IMG/VR virus record: IMGVR_UViG_3300045988_115788 | Length of the DNA: 64,000 bases | DNA from: a virus | Strand: one strand, 5' to 3' | In this document: positions 1-10,255 of the stretch, piece by piece | Layout: each line of letters opens with the position of its first letter | Position numbering within the stretch: the first letter of the stretch is position 1 | The notes under the pieces: generated by a model | What the model was told of the DNA's origin: nothing | Seen by the model: only the letters and a program-made list of their open reading frames with translations | Databases searched by the model: none | Program-made: the position numbers and the translations under genes

Positions 1-66
1 TCTGATGTATCGCAAGCAGGATGCAACACTTTTGGCCGACCTTTTTGCACAGACCCTATTTACTAT

Positions 67-288
67 ATGACTGACGGAGAGGCAATAAGAACTAGGTTTG
101 AAGACATCATATCAAAGCTAGTTGATGTTGGCATCATTGGTGAACAGTATGAATATAATGAATTAAAAGTAGTTAACGATGTATTAGTAAATATTTGGCT
201 AGCTAATGCTATTACAACTTTTAATCCCGTACCTTCAGATAAAGAATGGTTTTGGCGTTTTAAATGTGAGTCAAAAGAGGTACATTGA
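67..288 (+). CDS. hypothetical protein
   Basis: 73-aa ORF co-oriented with the early-region genes. No recognisable motif. Confidence 0.4.
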   Translation: MTDGEAIRTRFEDIISKLVDVGIIGEQYEYNELKVVNDVLVNIWLANAITTFNPVPSDKEWFWRFKCESKEVH

Positions 289-332
289 TAGGAAGTGTTG
301 TTAATAGATTATTGAGGCAAAGGCGGAAGTAA

Positions 333-761
333 ATGAGACTCAAAGAGTTATTTCTTTTTTGGTTTGGCGGCAGTTTTTATGTAACTTTAGAAGTTTTTTA
401 TCGAGGCTATAGTCATATTTCAATGTTTATTCTTGCTGGCGTTGTTTTTAGTCTTGTCGGCCTTTTGAACGAAGTTTTTCCCTGGGAGTTTGATTTAGTT
501 TGGCAGGATATAATCGGTACTGGCGTTGCTTTGATTGGCGAATACTTTACTGGCATGTTAGTTAATGTCAAATTAGGACTAAATGTTTGGGACTATTCCA
601 ATGAATTTCTAAATTTAAATGGACAAATATGTTTGAAATTTGGTTTAATTTGGATTCCTTTGATTCTGTTAGCTATTGTAATAGATGATATTATTCGATG
701 GCGTTTTTATGGAGAAGAGCGGCCCAGATATTATTTATTTGGTAAAATGATAAAAATCTAA
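333..761 (+). CDS. multi-pass membrane protein (resembles the 'putative ABC-transporter type IV' small membrane family)
   Basis: 142-aa ORF with about 4 hydrophobic segments. Family assignment is from memory only. Confidence 0.5.
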   Translation: MRLKELFLFWFGGSFYVTLEVFYRGYSHISMFILAGVVFSLVGLLNEVFPWEFDLVWQDIIGTGVALIGEYFTGMLVNVKLGLNVWDYSNEFLNLNGQICLKFGLIWIPLILLAIVIDDIIRWRFYGEERPRYYLFGKMIKI

Positions 762-768
762 ATAAAAC

Positions 769-797
769 TTGACAAACCTCCTGTCTTGTGGTACAAT
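769..797 (+). promoter_or_regulatory. sigma-70/SigA-type promoter with extended -10
   Basis: TTGACA (769-774), 17-nt spacer, TGgTACAAT (789-797). Lies upstream of RBS AGGAGG and ATG 826. Confidence 0.6.
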
Positions 798-825
798 AAA
801 TGTATCGAAGATAGGAGGTTTTGTT

Positions 826-1068
826 ATGCTGTGTTATGTTAGAAACAATATTTTTAAAAGATTATTACAAAAGTGTGATAGATGTAGAATGAGTTCTGCT
901 AAATATGGATTTGATTACAGAAGCGATTACGAATCAGGTTATATTTGGACAAATCTTTGTGCTGATTGTATAAGAGAATTAAAGAAACGCGACCCTATTA
1001 CTCCTGAAGCAAAAAGTCTTTCCGCAATAGCTAAACGACTTGAACCAAAAACAATTACGATTTTTTAA
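826..1068 (+). CDS. small Cys-rich (zinc-ribbon-like) protein
   Basis: ATG 826 follows AGGAGG. The tool start at 769 (TTG) lies inside the promoter. Contains CDRC...CADC cysteine pairs. Confidence 0.5.
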   Translation: MLCYVRNNIFKRLLQKCDRCRMSSAKYGFDYRSDYESGYIWTNLCADCIRELKKRDPITPEAKSLSAIAKRLEPKTITIF

Positions 1069-1077
1069 GGTGATATA

Positions 1078-1548
1078 ATGAGTGAATTTATTGAATTTAA
1101 CACTTATCAAGAAGAATTAAAGCAATGTGTCAAATGCAATAGACGGCTTGCTAGATTCAAGGATGTGAATGGTAAATACTATTGTTCGCAATGCGTAGGT
1201 AAAGACCCTACATTATTTGGAAAATGTTATTATAGTAACAATAGAGAAGATTTATATACTATTGCGCGACATGAGTGTAGAGACAATACGATAGAAGATG
1301 GAGAATTATTAGATTATGAGCAACAAATAAGGTTCTGCGACCCTAAGAAATTCTATTATCGACATGAATCACCAAAGAGAAAGTGGTGGATAGTGACCCA
1401 TGAATTTGATTGGGATTGGGACTCTGAGTGGGACGAAGGTAAAATGATTGTGGAATATTGTCCTTTCTGTGGCAAGAAATTGGAGGCTCCTGATGGAAAC
1501 GAAGATGGCAAAAGAGATGCTGAGAATAGTTCAAACAAGATTGGATAA
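1078..1548 (+). CDS. zinc-ribbon protein, function unknown
   Basis: 156-aa ORF with CVKC..CSQC and CPFCG cysteine pairs. Confidence 0.5.
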   Translation: MSEFIEFNTYQEELKQCVKCNRRLARFKDVNGKYYCSQCVGKDPTLFGKCYYSNNREDLYTIARHECRDNTIEDGELLDYEQQIRFCDPKKFYYRHESPKRKWWIVTHEFDWDWDSEWDEGKMIVEYCPFCGKKLEAPDGNEDGKRDAENSSNKIG

Positions 1549-1693
1549 TCGCGGAGTATTAAAACCTATTGAATACAAGACGCTAGAAATTTGTTGTGGA
1601 GTTTTGAACGGTTATGCTATTATGGAAGAGTGTGATGGGTTAGTTAGACAAGGAGAAAATGATGATTGGTGGGACAAGGAGGATGTGTGTTAG
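1505..1693 (+). CDS. hypothetical protein
   Basis: In-frame ATG 1505 within tool ORF 1448-1693. Overlaps the end of the preceding gene. Confidence 0.3.
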   Translation: MAKEMLRIVQTRLDNRGVLKPIEYKTLEICCGVLNGYAIMEECDGLVRQGENDDWWDKEDVC

Positions 1694-1720
1694 TTAAAAA
1701 TAAGTTATAAAAAGTTGTAA

Positions 1721-2338
1721 ATAATTAATGAAGGTATCGGAATTGATTTAGGTATTAAAGATTTAGCAATATGCTCTGATAAGAATAAGTATCAGAACAT
1801 AAACAAAACACAAAAAGTAAAGAAAATAGAAAAAAGAAAACGTAGGTTGCAACGTTCCGTATCAAGAAGATATGAGAAAAATAAGAAAGGAGCAAGTTAC
1901 TGTAAAACAAGTAACATTATAAAAAGAGAAAAAGAACTTTTAAAATTGAATCACAGACTAACAAATATTCGTCAAAATTATTTACATCAAACAACATCTG
2001 AGATAGTGAAACGAGAACCAAGTTTCATTTGTATTGAAGATTTGAATGTAAGTGGAATGATGAAAAATAAACATTTATCCAAAGTAGTGCAACAGCAAGG
2101 GTTTTATGAATTTAAACGACAGATTGAATACAAGTCAACATGGAACAATATACCAGTTGTTATAGCAGATAGATTTTTTCCAAGTTCTAAATTATGTAGT
2201 TGTTGCGGTAATGTTAAAAAAGATTTAAAGCTATCAGACCGTGTTTACAAATGTAAATGTGGAAATGTAATTGATAGAGATTTTCAGGCAAGTTTAAATC
2301 TAAAACAGTATGGAGAAAATGTTTTAAATAATCTGTAG
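1721..2338 (+). pseudogene. tnpB: 5'-truncated TnpB (IS200/IS605-family RuvC-like nuclease), C-terminal half only
   Basis: The frame is open from 1721 with no canonical start at its head (the tool start is an internal TTG at 1847). It encodes GIDLGIK (RuvC-I), CIEDLNV (RuvC-II), the CSCCG..CKCG zinc finger and DRDFQAS (RuvC-III). By eye it aligns with the C-terminal ~200 aa of the intact TnpB at 39486-40598. Confidence 0.75.
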
Positions 2339-2510
2339 CATAACACTTTCAAGTTATTACAGATATGTACTGATATGTTAGTCAGGAATTTACGCCTATG
2401 GAGAGCACAAGAACTTGTGAGTAGTGATTGGCTTGTCAACACAAAAACATACTCGTTGAAGTAGGAATGGAACATAAAAGTTTATAACTTTTTATAAGTT
2501 TTCAGTAACG
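2339..2510 (+). ncRNA. possible remnant TnpB omega/reRNA scaffold and right end
   Basis: About 170-nt non-coding tail directly 3' of the truncated tnpB, where TnpB guide-RNA scaffolds are encoded. It shares only short blocks with the 3' flank of the intact tnpB. Unverified. Confidence 0.25.
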
Positions 2511-2518
2511 GATGAAGA

Positions 2519-5500
2519 ATGGTAGATACTTATTTTTCATTACACAACCATAGTGATTATAGTAATCCAAGTTTAGGTTTTAGTGATTCTATTTGTAAAG
2601 TGAGTGGCTTGATTCAAAGAGCTTATGATATTGGTTTACAAGGTGTTACTATCACTGACCATGAATCACTTTCTTCTTTTGTTGAAGCATTAAATTATTA
2701 TGAATCAATGGAGCAAACTAGACCTTTTACTCTAGCTTTAGGCAATGAAATTTATCTTTTAACTGAAGAAGAATATGAAGAAAATCGTTATAACAATGGT
2801 ACGATTCCCTATTTTCATTTCATTCTTATCGCAAAAGACGATGAAGGTTATCGACAACTTTGTAAATTATCCACAAGAGCTTGGGAACGAGCTTATATGA
2901 AAGGTTGTTGGCGTAGACCAACTTTAATGGAAGATTTGGTTGAAATTATTCAGCCAAATCAAGGACATGTGTTTGGATTGAGCGCTTGTTTAGGTTCTCG
3001 TATCGACAAAATGCTTCTTGAAAGAAACAAAGCACTGTTTGAAAAAACTGGACACCTAACACAGATTCAACAGATTTTTGGCAAAGATAATTTCTATTTA
3101 GAAGTGCAACCTTCGGAAATAAAAGGAAACGAACAAAGCACTGTCAATACAATGCTTATGAAGGTAGCCAAACAACTGAAGCTCCCTATTGTTGTCAGTA
3201 CAGATAGTCACTATTTAAAAAAAGATGATGCTATTATTCACGAAGTTTTTTTAAAAAGTCAAGATGGCGAAAGAGAAGTAAGTGATTTTTATGCTACTGC
3301 TTACATGATGGAACCATCTGATTTACGAGAACATTTACGACATGAATTTAATGATGAAGAAATTGACTTTTTGATGTCAAATACAGTGGAATTAGGCCAA
3401 CGTATAGGTAAATATAGTTTTAAGCATAAACCAATCATTCCTGAAATTCCTGAAGAAAAAATTCCTGATTTTAAAACCCAACATACTTTTAAACAATATT
3501 ATTCTGAATATGAGTATTTTGGCTATTATGCTAAAGAAGATTTAGATATACATGAGCGTTATTTCTTTTATCAAATTGAGCAAGGACTAAAGCAAAAAGT
3601 TGTATTGAAACATAAGGATGTAAAAACCTATGTTGACCGGCTTAACACTGAATGGAGAGAACTAAAGTTAATTAGTGATGAATTAAATGGTTTCATGGTG
3701 GCATATTATTCAACTATGAGTAAAATAGTAGACCTTATGTGGGAAGCTAATAGTATAGTAGGCCCAGGAAGAGGCTCTTCTTCTGCTTTTTTAACTTGTT
3801 ATTTGTTGGACATTACAGCTATAGACCCTGTTCCGCTAGGTGACTATATGCCTTATTGGAGACATCTTAGCGCAGAAAGAAAGGCGGAGCTTCCTGATAT
3901 TGATACTGACTCAGAACCCAGTAAAAAATACGCTATCATAGAAGAAGTTAAAAAGTTTTTTGGAGAAGATAAAGTATTAAATGTTGCTACATTTTCTTCA
4001 ATTTCATCGAAAATAGCTATTGAAAAGGCTTGCCGTGGTTTAGGGATTGATGATACAACTGCGGCATATTTAAAATCTTTGATTCCTATTAATAGAGGCA
4101 AAATTGCTAAACTTAAAGATTGTTTATACGGTAGTGATAAAACACCTGTAGTTCATGCTCTTGTTGAAGAAATGAAAAAATACCCTAATCTTGAAAAGTG
4201 CGCTTTAGGGTTGTGCGACATTATTTCTCAAAAGGGACTTCATGCTGCGGGCCTTACGATTAGTAATAAGCCATATACAGAATATTGTAGTATGATGAGA
4301 GCGCCTAACGGCACTCCTTGTACTTGCTACAATCTTTGGGACGCAGAAGAAGTAAGTTTAGTTAAATTTGATTTGTTGACAGTTGATGCTCTACAAAAAG
4401 TTCATGGTGCATTAGACGCCATGGTAAATGATGGAACCATTGAATGGCAGGGCAATCTTCGAGACACATACAACAAATATATTCACCCAGACGTTATTGA
4501 TTATGACACTCCTGAGATGTGGGATTGTATCAATAAAATGTATTCTATATTTCAGTGGGCCACACCTTTTTCTGTTGCGGCACTAAAGCAAATTCAGCCA
4601 ACAACTTTATCAGAACTTTCAGCAGGAAATAGCCTAATTAGACTTATGCCAGACGGAGACGGTGAAACACCTCTTGATACCTATGTTCGATATAAAAATC
4701 ATCCTGAACAATGGAGTGTAGAAGCTTCTGCGTATGGGCTTAATGAAGAAGAAAAATCAATCATAGCCAAATACACCAAAGACGCTCATTATCTTGCAGA
4801 TTGTCAAGAAAAGATTATGCGACTTTCTATGGATGAACATATTGCTGGTTATACTCTAAAAGAAAGCAACCAACTTCGCAAAAGCGTAGCTAAAAAAGAC
4901 GAAGCTTTGCAAGAAAAAGCCAAGCAACAATTTTATGAATACGGAAAAAAGCAAGGCACTAGACAAGTGATGCTTGATTATGTTTGGAATGTACTGTTTA
5001 GTAAATCATTTGGATATTCTTTTTCAAGCATCCACAGTTGGGCTTATTCAATGATTGCTCTTCAGGAACTAAACATTTTTTATCATTACGGTGCTATATA
5101 TTGGAACATTGGTTGTTTACTTACAGAAACAAGTGACGAAGGGTCTGGTTCTGGTGCAGATTACGGTAAGATAGCAAAAGCAATTTATAAAATGCTTGCA
5201 TTTGGTGTAAATATTGTATCTCCTAATGTTAATGAATCTAAAGACAACTTTACTCCAAACGCAAAAGAGAACACTATTTATTACGGATTAGCTACAATTT
5301 CTGGAATTAACTCTCAGATAGCGAATCAAATCATTTCTATGCGGCCTTATAATTCATTTTTAGATTTTTATCGCAAAAATACATTTCCTGGTTCTCTCGT
5401 TACAAAGTCTAAAATTATTCAACTAATCAAAGCTGGATGTTTTGATTGTTTTAATACAAATAGAATTAAGGTGATGCAAGAATATTTCTGTTTATCTACG

Positions 5501-6403
5501 CCACAAAAAACAAAGCTTACAACATCTAATTTGCCTGAAATGATTAAAATTGGTGTTGAAATTCCAGAAGAACTTATCAAACCTTATAATTTTAAAAAGT
5601 ATGTTTGTCAAAAGCAATTCTTTTACAGTGTACATCCTTTGTCTAAATCTAAAAAATTATATAAAGTAGATACTACTGTAATGTCATATTGTGAGGAATA
5701 CTTTATTTCCGTAATGAAAGAAGGGGCAGATTATTGGTTTGTTGATAGCGAGGTCGTTATTTGCGACAAATCTATTGATAAATGCTTTAAGCCTGTTTTT
5801 AATGAGTTAAAGTCTTGGCTACAAAGACCTGAAACAATTAAAGAATATAACAAAAAAGCTATTATTGCCGCGTACAACACACTAGATTGTGTAGATGTCG
5901 ATAGATGGGCAATGCAATCTACGAGTTATTACCATAACAACGGACATGAATTAAAGAATTTAGATTTTAAGCGTTACGGCATTAGTAGATTTTCCGACCT
6001 TCCAGAAGAACCAGTATTTGTTGAAAAAAACTTTGGACAGCGTTCTTGGCGGCAATACGAAATCAGCGCCATAGCTGGAACATTGATTGCTAAAGACGAT
6101 ACTAAGCATATAATTACTTTGCTAACTACTGATTATGATGTAGTAAACTGTAAGCTTACTAGAGAAGCCTATGCTCATTATAAACGAGTGATTAGTTCTG
6201 GTAGTGGGAAAGATAAAGTAGTGTATGATGATGCTTGGATTCAAAGAGGGTCTTTGCTGATTGTTTGTGGCTATCGAAACGGTGACGATTTTAGATGTAA
6301 AAAATACAAAAACAGTGTATATGACCATCAAATGATATTGATTAAACATGTATATGAAGATGGGAGTGCAGACTTGCAGACGGAAAGGGTGTTGATGGAA
6401 TAA
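2519..6403 (+). CDS. dnaE: DNA polymerase III alpha subunit (DnaE-type, PHP domain)
   Basis: 1294-aa ORF with N-terminal PHP motif LHNHSDYS, GPGRGSSSAF..AIDP palm motif and PDIDTD catalytic aspartates. Confidence 0.9.
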   Translation: MVDTYFSLHNHSDYSNPSLGFSDSICKVSGLIQRAYDIGLQGVTITDHESLSSFVEALNYYESMEQTRPFTLALGNEIYLLTEEEYEENRYNNGTIPYFHFILIAKDDEGYRQLCKLSTRAWERAYMKGCWRRPTLMEDLVEIIQPNQGHVFGLSACLGSRIDKMLLERNKALFEKTGHLTQIQQIFGKDNFYLEVQPSEIKGNEQSTVNTMLMKVAKQLKLPIVVSTDSHYLKKDDAIIHEVFLKSQDGEREVSDFYATAYMMEPSDLREHLRHEFNDEEIDFLMSNTVELGQRIGKYSFKHKPIIPEIPEEKIPDFKTQHTFKQYYSEYEYFGYYAKEDLDIHERYFFYQIEQGLKQKVVLKHKDVKTYVDRLNTEWRELKLISDELNGFMVAYYSTMSKIVDLMWEANSIVGPGRGSSSAFLTCYLLDITAIDPVPLGDYMPYWRHLSAERKAELPDIDTDSEPSKKYAIIEEVKKFFGEDKVLNVATFSSISSKIAIEKACRGLGIDDTTAAYLKSLIPINRGKIAKLKDCLYGSDKTPVVHALVEEMKKYPNLEKCALGLCDIISQKGLHAAGLTISNKPYTEYCSMMRAPNGTPCTCYNLWDAEEVSLVKFDLLTVDALQKVHGALDAMVNDGTIEWQGNLRDTYNKYIHPDVIDYDTPEMWDCINKMYSIFQWATPFSVAALKQIQPTTLSELSAGNSLIRLMPDGDGETPLDTYVRYKNHPEQWSVEASAYGLNEEEKSIIAKYTKDAHYLADCQEKIMRLSMDEHIAGYTLKESNQLRKSVAKKDEALQEKAKQQFYEYGKKQGTRQVMLDYVWNVLFSKSFGYSFSSIHSWAYSMIALQELNIFYHYGAIYWNIGCLLTETSDEGSGSGADYGKIAKAIYKMLAFGVNIVSPNVNESKDNFTPNAKENTIYYGLATISGINSQIANQIISMRPYNSFLDFYRKNTFPGSLVTKSKIIQLIKAGCFDCFNTNRIKVMQEYFCLSTPQKTKLTTSNLPEMIKIGVEIPEELIKPYNFKKYVCQKQFFYSVHPLSKSKKLYKVDTTVMSYCEEYFISVMKEGADYWFVDSEVVICDKSIDKCFKPVFNELKSWLQRPETIKEYNKKAIIAAYNTLDCVDVDRWAMQSTSYYHNNGHELKNLDFKRYGISRFSDLPEEPVFVEKNFGQRSWRQYEISAIAGTLIAKDDTKHIITLLTTDYDVVNCKLTREAYAHYKRVISSGSGKDKVVYDDAWIQRGSLLIVCGYRNGDDFRCKKYKNSVYDHQMILIKHVYEDGSADLQTERVLME

Positions 6404-6600
6404 TGAAATGTATTTGGTGTGGAAAGGAAGCTATAAGGATGCCCCTGGTTATGTTTGGGCAAAGGGTAGGTGACACTTACGTTTGTGCATCTTGCGGCTA
6501 TCATTGGGATAACTATGGAAAGAGCTATTCTTCGGACTGGAAACCTGATAAAGAATCGCTATGGAATAAAATAAAGAAATTTTTTAGAAAATTAAAATAA
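6403..6600 (+). CDS. small zinc-ribbon protein
   Basis: 65-aa ORF whose ATG overlaps the dnaE stop (ATGA). Contains CIWCG...CASCG. Confidence 0.5.
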   Translation: MKCIWCGKEAIRMPLVMFGQRVGDTYVCASCGYHWDNYGKSYSSDWKPDKESLWNKIKKFFRKLK

Positions 6601-6603
6601 TAC

Positions 6604-6632
6604 TTGACAACCCCTTCTTCGTGTGATATGAT
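6604..6632 (+). promoter_or_regulatory. sigma-70/SigA-type promoter with extended -10
   Basis: TTGACA (6604-6609), 17-nt spacer, TGaTATGAT (6624-6632). Confidence 0.55.
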
Positions 6633-6654
6633 TAGGTCACAGCAAAAGAAGGGG
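6611..6654 (+). terminator. hairpin overlapping the promoter (possible terminator of the dnaE operon)
   Basis: CCCCTTCTT (6611-6619) pairs with AAGAAGGGG (6646-6654) and is followed by TTATTTTTA. The 26-nt loop is large for a canonical terminator. Confidence 0.35.
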
Positions 6655-6662
6655 TTATTTTT

Positions 6663-6839
6663 ATGGAACATGAATTTTTAATCGCATGGGTAAAGGCGGT
6701 TTTTACAACGATTGGCATTGGAGCGCTGCTAACCGCTTATCTTGCTTTCAAACAGAAAACAATGTGTGACACAATAATTGGAGCAGGGCTTCTGGTTGCA
6801 ACAATTCTTTTGTTTGTAGTAATTAGTATGGTACAATAA
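6663..6839 (+). CDS. small membrane protein (2 predicted TM segments)
   Basis: 58-aa ORF below the tool cutoff (MEHEFLIAWVKAVFTTIGIGALLTAYLAF...). ATG follows a GAAGGGG RBS-like sequence. Confidence 0.45.
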   Translation: MEHEFLIAWVKAVFTTIGIGALLTAYLAFKQKTMCDTIIGAGLLVATILLFVVISMVQ

Positions 6840-6852
6840 AGGGGGACTTAAA

Positions 6853-7242
6853 ATGTTTCGTATTTTTACAATTTGCGTATGTGTTTGTGCGCTTATTCTT
6901 ATGATAATTGTTGCTTTTATTTTTATTTTTCATGTAATTCTTGAAAGAAAAGTAAAAAAGTCAGAGCATCCTAAAATTAAATTTAAAGATTTTAAAGCAT
7001 GGTTTTTGCTTTGTCCAGAAGCTTACGCTTTGAAAGAAGACAGTATATACCGTTTCGGTCTTGGGGATTTTTACTTTAATATCATTGATATTATTCGATA
7101 CAAGTTTTGGAGAAAAAGAGAATACTGCCGTCAGACTGAAGAAAAAAATACGAAACAGATTCACATGCTCTTGTCATACGTCAAGCATGATATTGAAGCG
7201 TATGAAAACAAAACAAGAAAGGAGATTGAGCGACTTGGATGA
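6853..7242 (+). CDS. membrane-anchored protein, unknown function
   Basis: 129-aa ORF with an N-terminal hydrophobic segment (ICVCVCALILMIIVAFIFIF). RBS GGGGGA lies upstream. Confidence 0.5.
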   Translation: MFRIFTICVCVCALILMIIVAFIFIFHVILERKVKKSEHPKIKFKDFKAWFLLCPEAYALKEDSIYRFGLGDFYFNIIDIIRYKFWRKREYCRQTEEKNTKQIHMLLSYVKHDIEAYENKTRKEIERLG

Positions 7243-7252
7243 TTTTTTTGAT

Positions 7253-9505
7253 ATGGTTGCCACAACGGAGCCAGAAAAAATTGAAGTAAAGTGTAAACCA
7301 TGTAAGGAACTTTATTTTGATGCCACTACTGGATACAGAGTTATGGCATGTATCCCTGTTGGCCCCCCTCCAAATGGTCTTGAGCTTAATAAATATGGAA
7401 ATTTTAGCGTTTCTGGAAATGGATTAAATCTTCTAAAAGAAGGTGTTCCTATCAATCTCAAATTAACAGAAGCTAAAAGCAAATATTCAGCGTCTTATAA
7501 TTTTGCTGGACTTCCTGATTTAAGCATGGAAACAGATAAGGTACACGTCAATAGAGATGGCACGATGAGTATCTTATGTAGCTTTGCAACAAAAACACAA
7601 GCTCAACACGTCATGGACGCTTATCCTAACTTTGTAGACATGGTTTTGAATGGCGAAGAAGACCAGTTAGATTATAAGAAAATTTATAACGTAGGAAAGA
7701 AACGACTTGAAGAATACATTTACAAAGTAAGAGAGAATAGCGGTGCAGTTCCTTTCCTACCTTTCTTGTTGAGTATTGGTGTTGCCGACTATGATAAAGC
7801 TGTTGAGATAACAAAAGATTATTCCAACCCTGATAATATGATTTATGCTTACAATCGCGACCCCTATAGTTTTATGATTGAAAGCATTAAATATTCTTTT
7901 GAAACTTCTGATAAAATCATTATTGAGCATAATGAGAAAATGGCAGAATCAAGAGAGCGTTGCGGCTGGGCTTTGTCTACTATTTTAAAACAAAATGAAA
8001 CTGAAACTGGTGACACTAGAATTGCAAAAGAAATAGTTGAACAAGCCTTAAAAATTATGATTCCAGAGGCCGCACAGTGGTATGAAGTTGGCAAAACTTT
8101 AAGCAACACAGTAGAGCATGAAGGTTGGCTTTCTCGTTCTGAAACATATTACGCAGAAAAAAGCATCGCTGATTTCATTAAAAATAGAATTGACAATTCT
8201 GAACATGTTGATTTTGAATGGCAAAATTTTGTACAAAGAGAAGAAGGCAATCTCACAGAAGAACAGAGTAAAATTCTTCAACTAATGTGCGATAACGATG
8301 TTGTTATCCTTACTGGTTGTGCAGGAAGTGGTAAATCGTTCACCACTAAAACTATCATTGATTTGTTAGAATCTAAGAATTTTACTTATCAATTATTGGC
8401 TCCTACAGGAATAGCTTCTAAAGTGCTTTCTACTGCAACGGGTAGACCAGCTTCTACAATTCATCGCTGGGCTGGTGCTGGCGACCCTAGAGATGTTGAT
8501 TACGTTGTTGTTGATGAGCTTGGTATGGTTAGTGCGGAAGTATTAAAAATGCTAATCGAAGTTATTCCACCTACTTGTAAGATGATTTTGGTGTTTGACC
8601 CCGCTCAGTTAATTAGTATTGGCGCAGGGAACGTTGCTAAAGATTTGGTAATGAGTCGGAGAGTTCCTATAGCTATGCTCACAAAAGTCTTTAGATATGG
8701 TATCGGTGGCATAGCAACAATAGCCACAGACTTCCGTAAAGGCATTGTAAGCAACTTAGAAGAAGAGTTTGATGATTTTAAGTATTACAATACTAATAAT
8801 GTAAAGGAACAATTTGAAGGCGTTTTAGAAGCTTATCAGGGGTATTTAAATGATGGTTACACAAGAGAAAACATTCTAATCATCTCCCCTTTTAACGTAG
8901 GGGAAGTAGGCACAAAAGCTATCAATTTGGCGATTCAAGAAAAATATTCTCTTGGACAAGAACTTGAATATAAGACCAACTTTGATGGAAAATTTAGAAT
9001 TGGCGACAAGGTTATTTGCAACAAAAATACTTATGATGCTAAAGTAGCAGAACAAACAAGTAGCGGATATGGATTTTCATTAAATGGTTCAGGCAAGTGC
9101 GAAACTACTTGGGTTTTCAACGGCAACCAGGGTATTGTACTTGGCGATTTTTACGATGATACAAGCAGAAGTAATTGTATTGTTGTAGAATTTGATTGTG
9201 GCATGGTCGCTTTCAGTCAAAAAGAATTTCAAAAACTATCCCTAGCTTATGCTTTGAGTTGTCATAGAGTACAAGGTTGTGAGTCACCTGCTGTTATTTT
9301 TGTAGCCAACAGTCAGCACAAAAAGCTTTTGACCAACAATCTTTGTTATGTTGCCGTGACAAGAGCGAAAAAACACTTGACAATTATTGCAGACTATGAT
9401 ACAATAGAAGAAGCATTAAGAAAGCATGAAGAAACGACTCGCAACACTTGGTTACAAGAAATGATGCAGAAAGGCTGGAAAGAACATGACAAAAAGTCAA
9501 CTTAA
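7253..9505 (+). CDS. RecD/Dda-like SF1 DNA helicase
   Basis: Walker A GCAGSGKS, Walker B VVVDELGMV, and C-terminal SCHRVQGCES and YVAVTRAKKHL motifs. The start is set to the first in-frame ATG after the upstream stop, because the tool start (7061) overlaps the previous gene. No clear RBS, so the start is uncertain. Confidence 0.8.
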   Translation: MVATTEPEKIEVKCKPCKELYFDATTGYRVMACIPVGPPPNGLELNKYGNFSVSGNGLNLLKEGVPINLKLTEAKSKYSASYNFAGLPDLSMETDKVHVNRDGTMSILCSFATKTQAQHVMDAYPNFVDMVLNGEEDQLDYKKIYNVGKKRLEEYIYKVRENSGAVPFLPFLLSIGVADYDKAVEITKDYSNPDNMIYAYNRDPYSFMIESIKYSFETSDKIIIEHNEKMAESRERCGWALSTILKQNETETGDTRIAKEIVEQALKIMIPEAAQWYEVGKTLSNTVEHEGWLSRSETYYAEKSIADFIKNRIDNSEHVDFEWQNFVQREEGNLTEEQSKILQLMCDNDVVILTGCAGSGKSFTTKTIIDLLESKNFTYQLLAPTGIASKVLSTATGRPASTIHRWAGAGDPRDVDYVVVDELGMVSAEVLKMLIEVIPPTCKMILVFDPAQLISIGAGNVAKDLVMSRRVPIAMLTKVFRYGIGGIATIATDFRKGIVSNLEEEFDDFKYYNTNNVKEQFEGVLEAYQGYLNDGYTRENILIISPFNVGEVGTKAINLAIQEKYSLGQELEYKTNFDGKFRIGDKVICNKNTYDAKVAEQTSSGYGFSLNGSGKCETTWVFNGNQGIVLGDFYDDTSRSNCIVVEFDCGMVAFSQKEFQKLSLAYALSCHRVQGCESPAVIFVANSQHKKLLTNNLCYVAVTRAKKHLTIIADYDTIEEALRKHEETTRNTWLQEMMQKGWKEHDKKST

Positions 9506-9731
9506 TAAATTGCTTCTAAAAAGTAATGATATTTGTGGTTTTAATGACATCTTTGGTTATAGTCGAGTGGTGTCACATTATGATAAAAATGAAGACAGAA
9601 CAGCGTTGTATTGTGTTCATTACGAAGACCAAGGGGACGGGTATAGACCAGAAACTATTGAAACTTTAGTAAAATTTCAAGGCAGAAGAATATTGACATT
9701 TGCACCAATAGAGCGAATCAAGGAGGACTAA
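9486..9731 (+). CDS. hypothetical protein
   Basis: 81-aa ORF overlapping the helicase stop. Confidence 0.45.
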   Translation: MTKSQLNKLLLKSNDICGFNDIFGYSRVVSHYDKNEDRTALYCVHYEDQGDGYRPETIETLVKFQGRRILTFAPIERIKED

Positions 9732-9733
9732 TA

Positions 9734-9934
9734 ATGAAAATTTTGGTGGATGAAATGCCCAAGACGCCCAACGATTGTATCTTCTGTGAAGGGTATGTAC
9801 CAGGAGAGTATCATTCTGAAACAAAAGAATATGATAAAGGGTATTATCGTTGTTTGTTGAATCCTTTTGAAGAGTGTAAAGAGGTTTGTACTATGCAATT
9901 CATTAAAAAAGGCAAAGGGTGTTATGATGGCTGA
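9734..9934 (+). CDS. small Cys-rich protein
   Basis: 66-aa ORF. RBS AGGAGG lies upstream. Confidence 0.45.
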   Translation: MKILVDEMPKTPNDCIFCEGYVPGEYHSETKEYDKGYYRCLLNPFEECKEVCTMQFIKKGKGCYDG

Positions 9935-10232
9935 GTATTTTAAGCGTGACTCGCTAATAAAAGCAATCTGTAAAATTAGCGACGATTCAAAGGGTTCGTG
10001 GAGTACATCAAGCATTGTTGACTTTTTACTTAACCAGCCTGTCGCTAATGTGGAAGAGGTTATTTGGGGACATTGGGAACGTAATGGAAAGATTATTCAA
10101 TGTTCTTATTGCGGCTGCGTAATACCCCCAATTTTGTATGTCTCTGAGGGACGTACTTACAAATGGCCGAACAGTGTTCCGAGACGTTGCCCTAATTGTG
10201 AAGCCAAGATGAGGCTAGGAATATACACTTAA
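9924..10232 (+). CDS. zinc-ribbon protein, paralog of 10256-10525
   Basis: ATG 9924 gives MMAEYFKRDSLIKAI..., matching MDEYIEREALINAI... of the next gene. C-terminal CSYCG..CPNC. Confidence 0.5.
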   Translation: MMAEYFKRDSLIKAICKISDDSKGSWSTSSIVDFLLNQPVANVEEVIWGHWERNGKIIQCSYCGCVIPPILYVSEGRTYKWPNSVPRRCPNCEAKMRLGIYT

Positions 10233-10255
10233 TATAAGAAGGAGTATTAAAAAAT

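Noticed and set aside
2519-6403. Possible intein or intron in the DNA polymerase, given its length and the intron load elsewhere
   Set aside because: The reading frame is continuous. I saw no intein block motifs (such as a terminal HN followed by C/S/T) and no group I core elements, and the polymerase motifs appear in the normal order.
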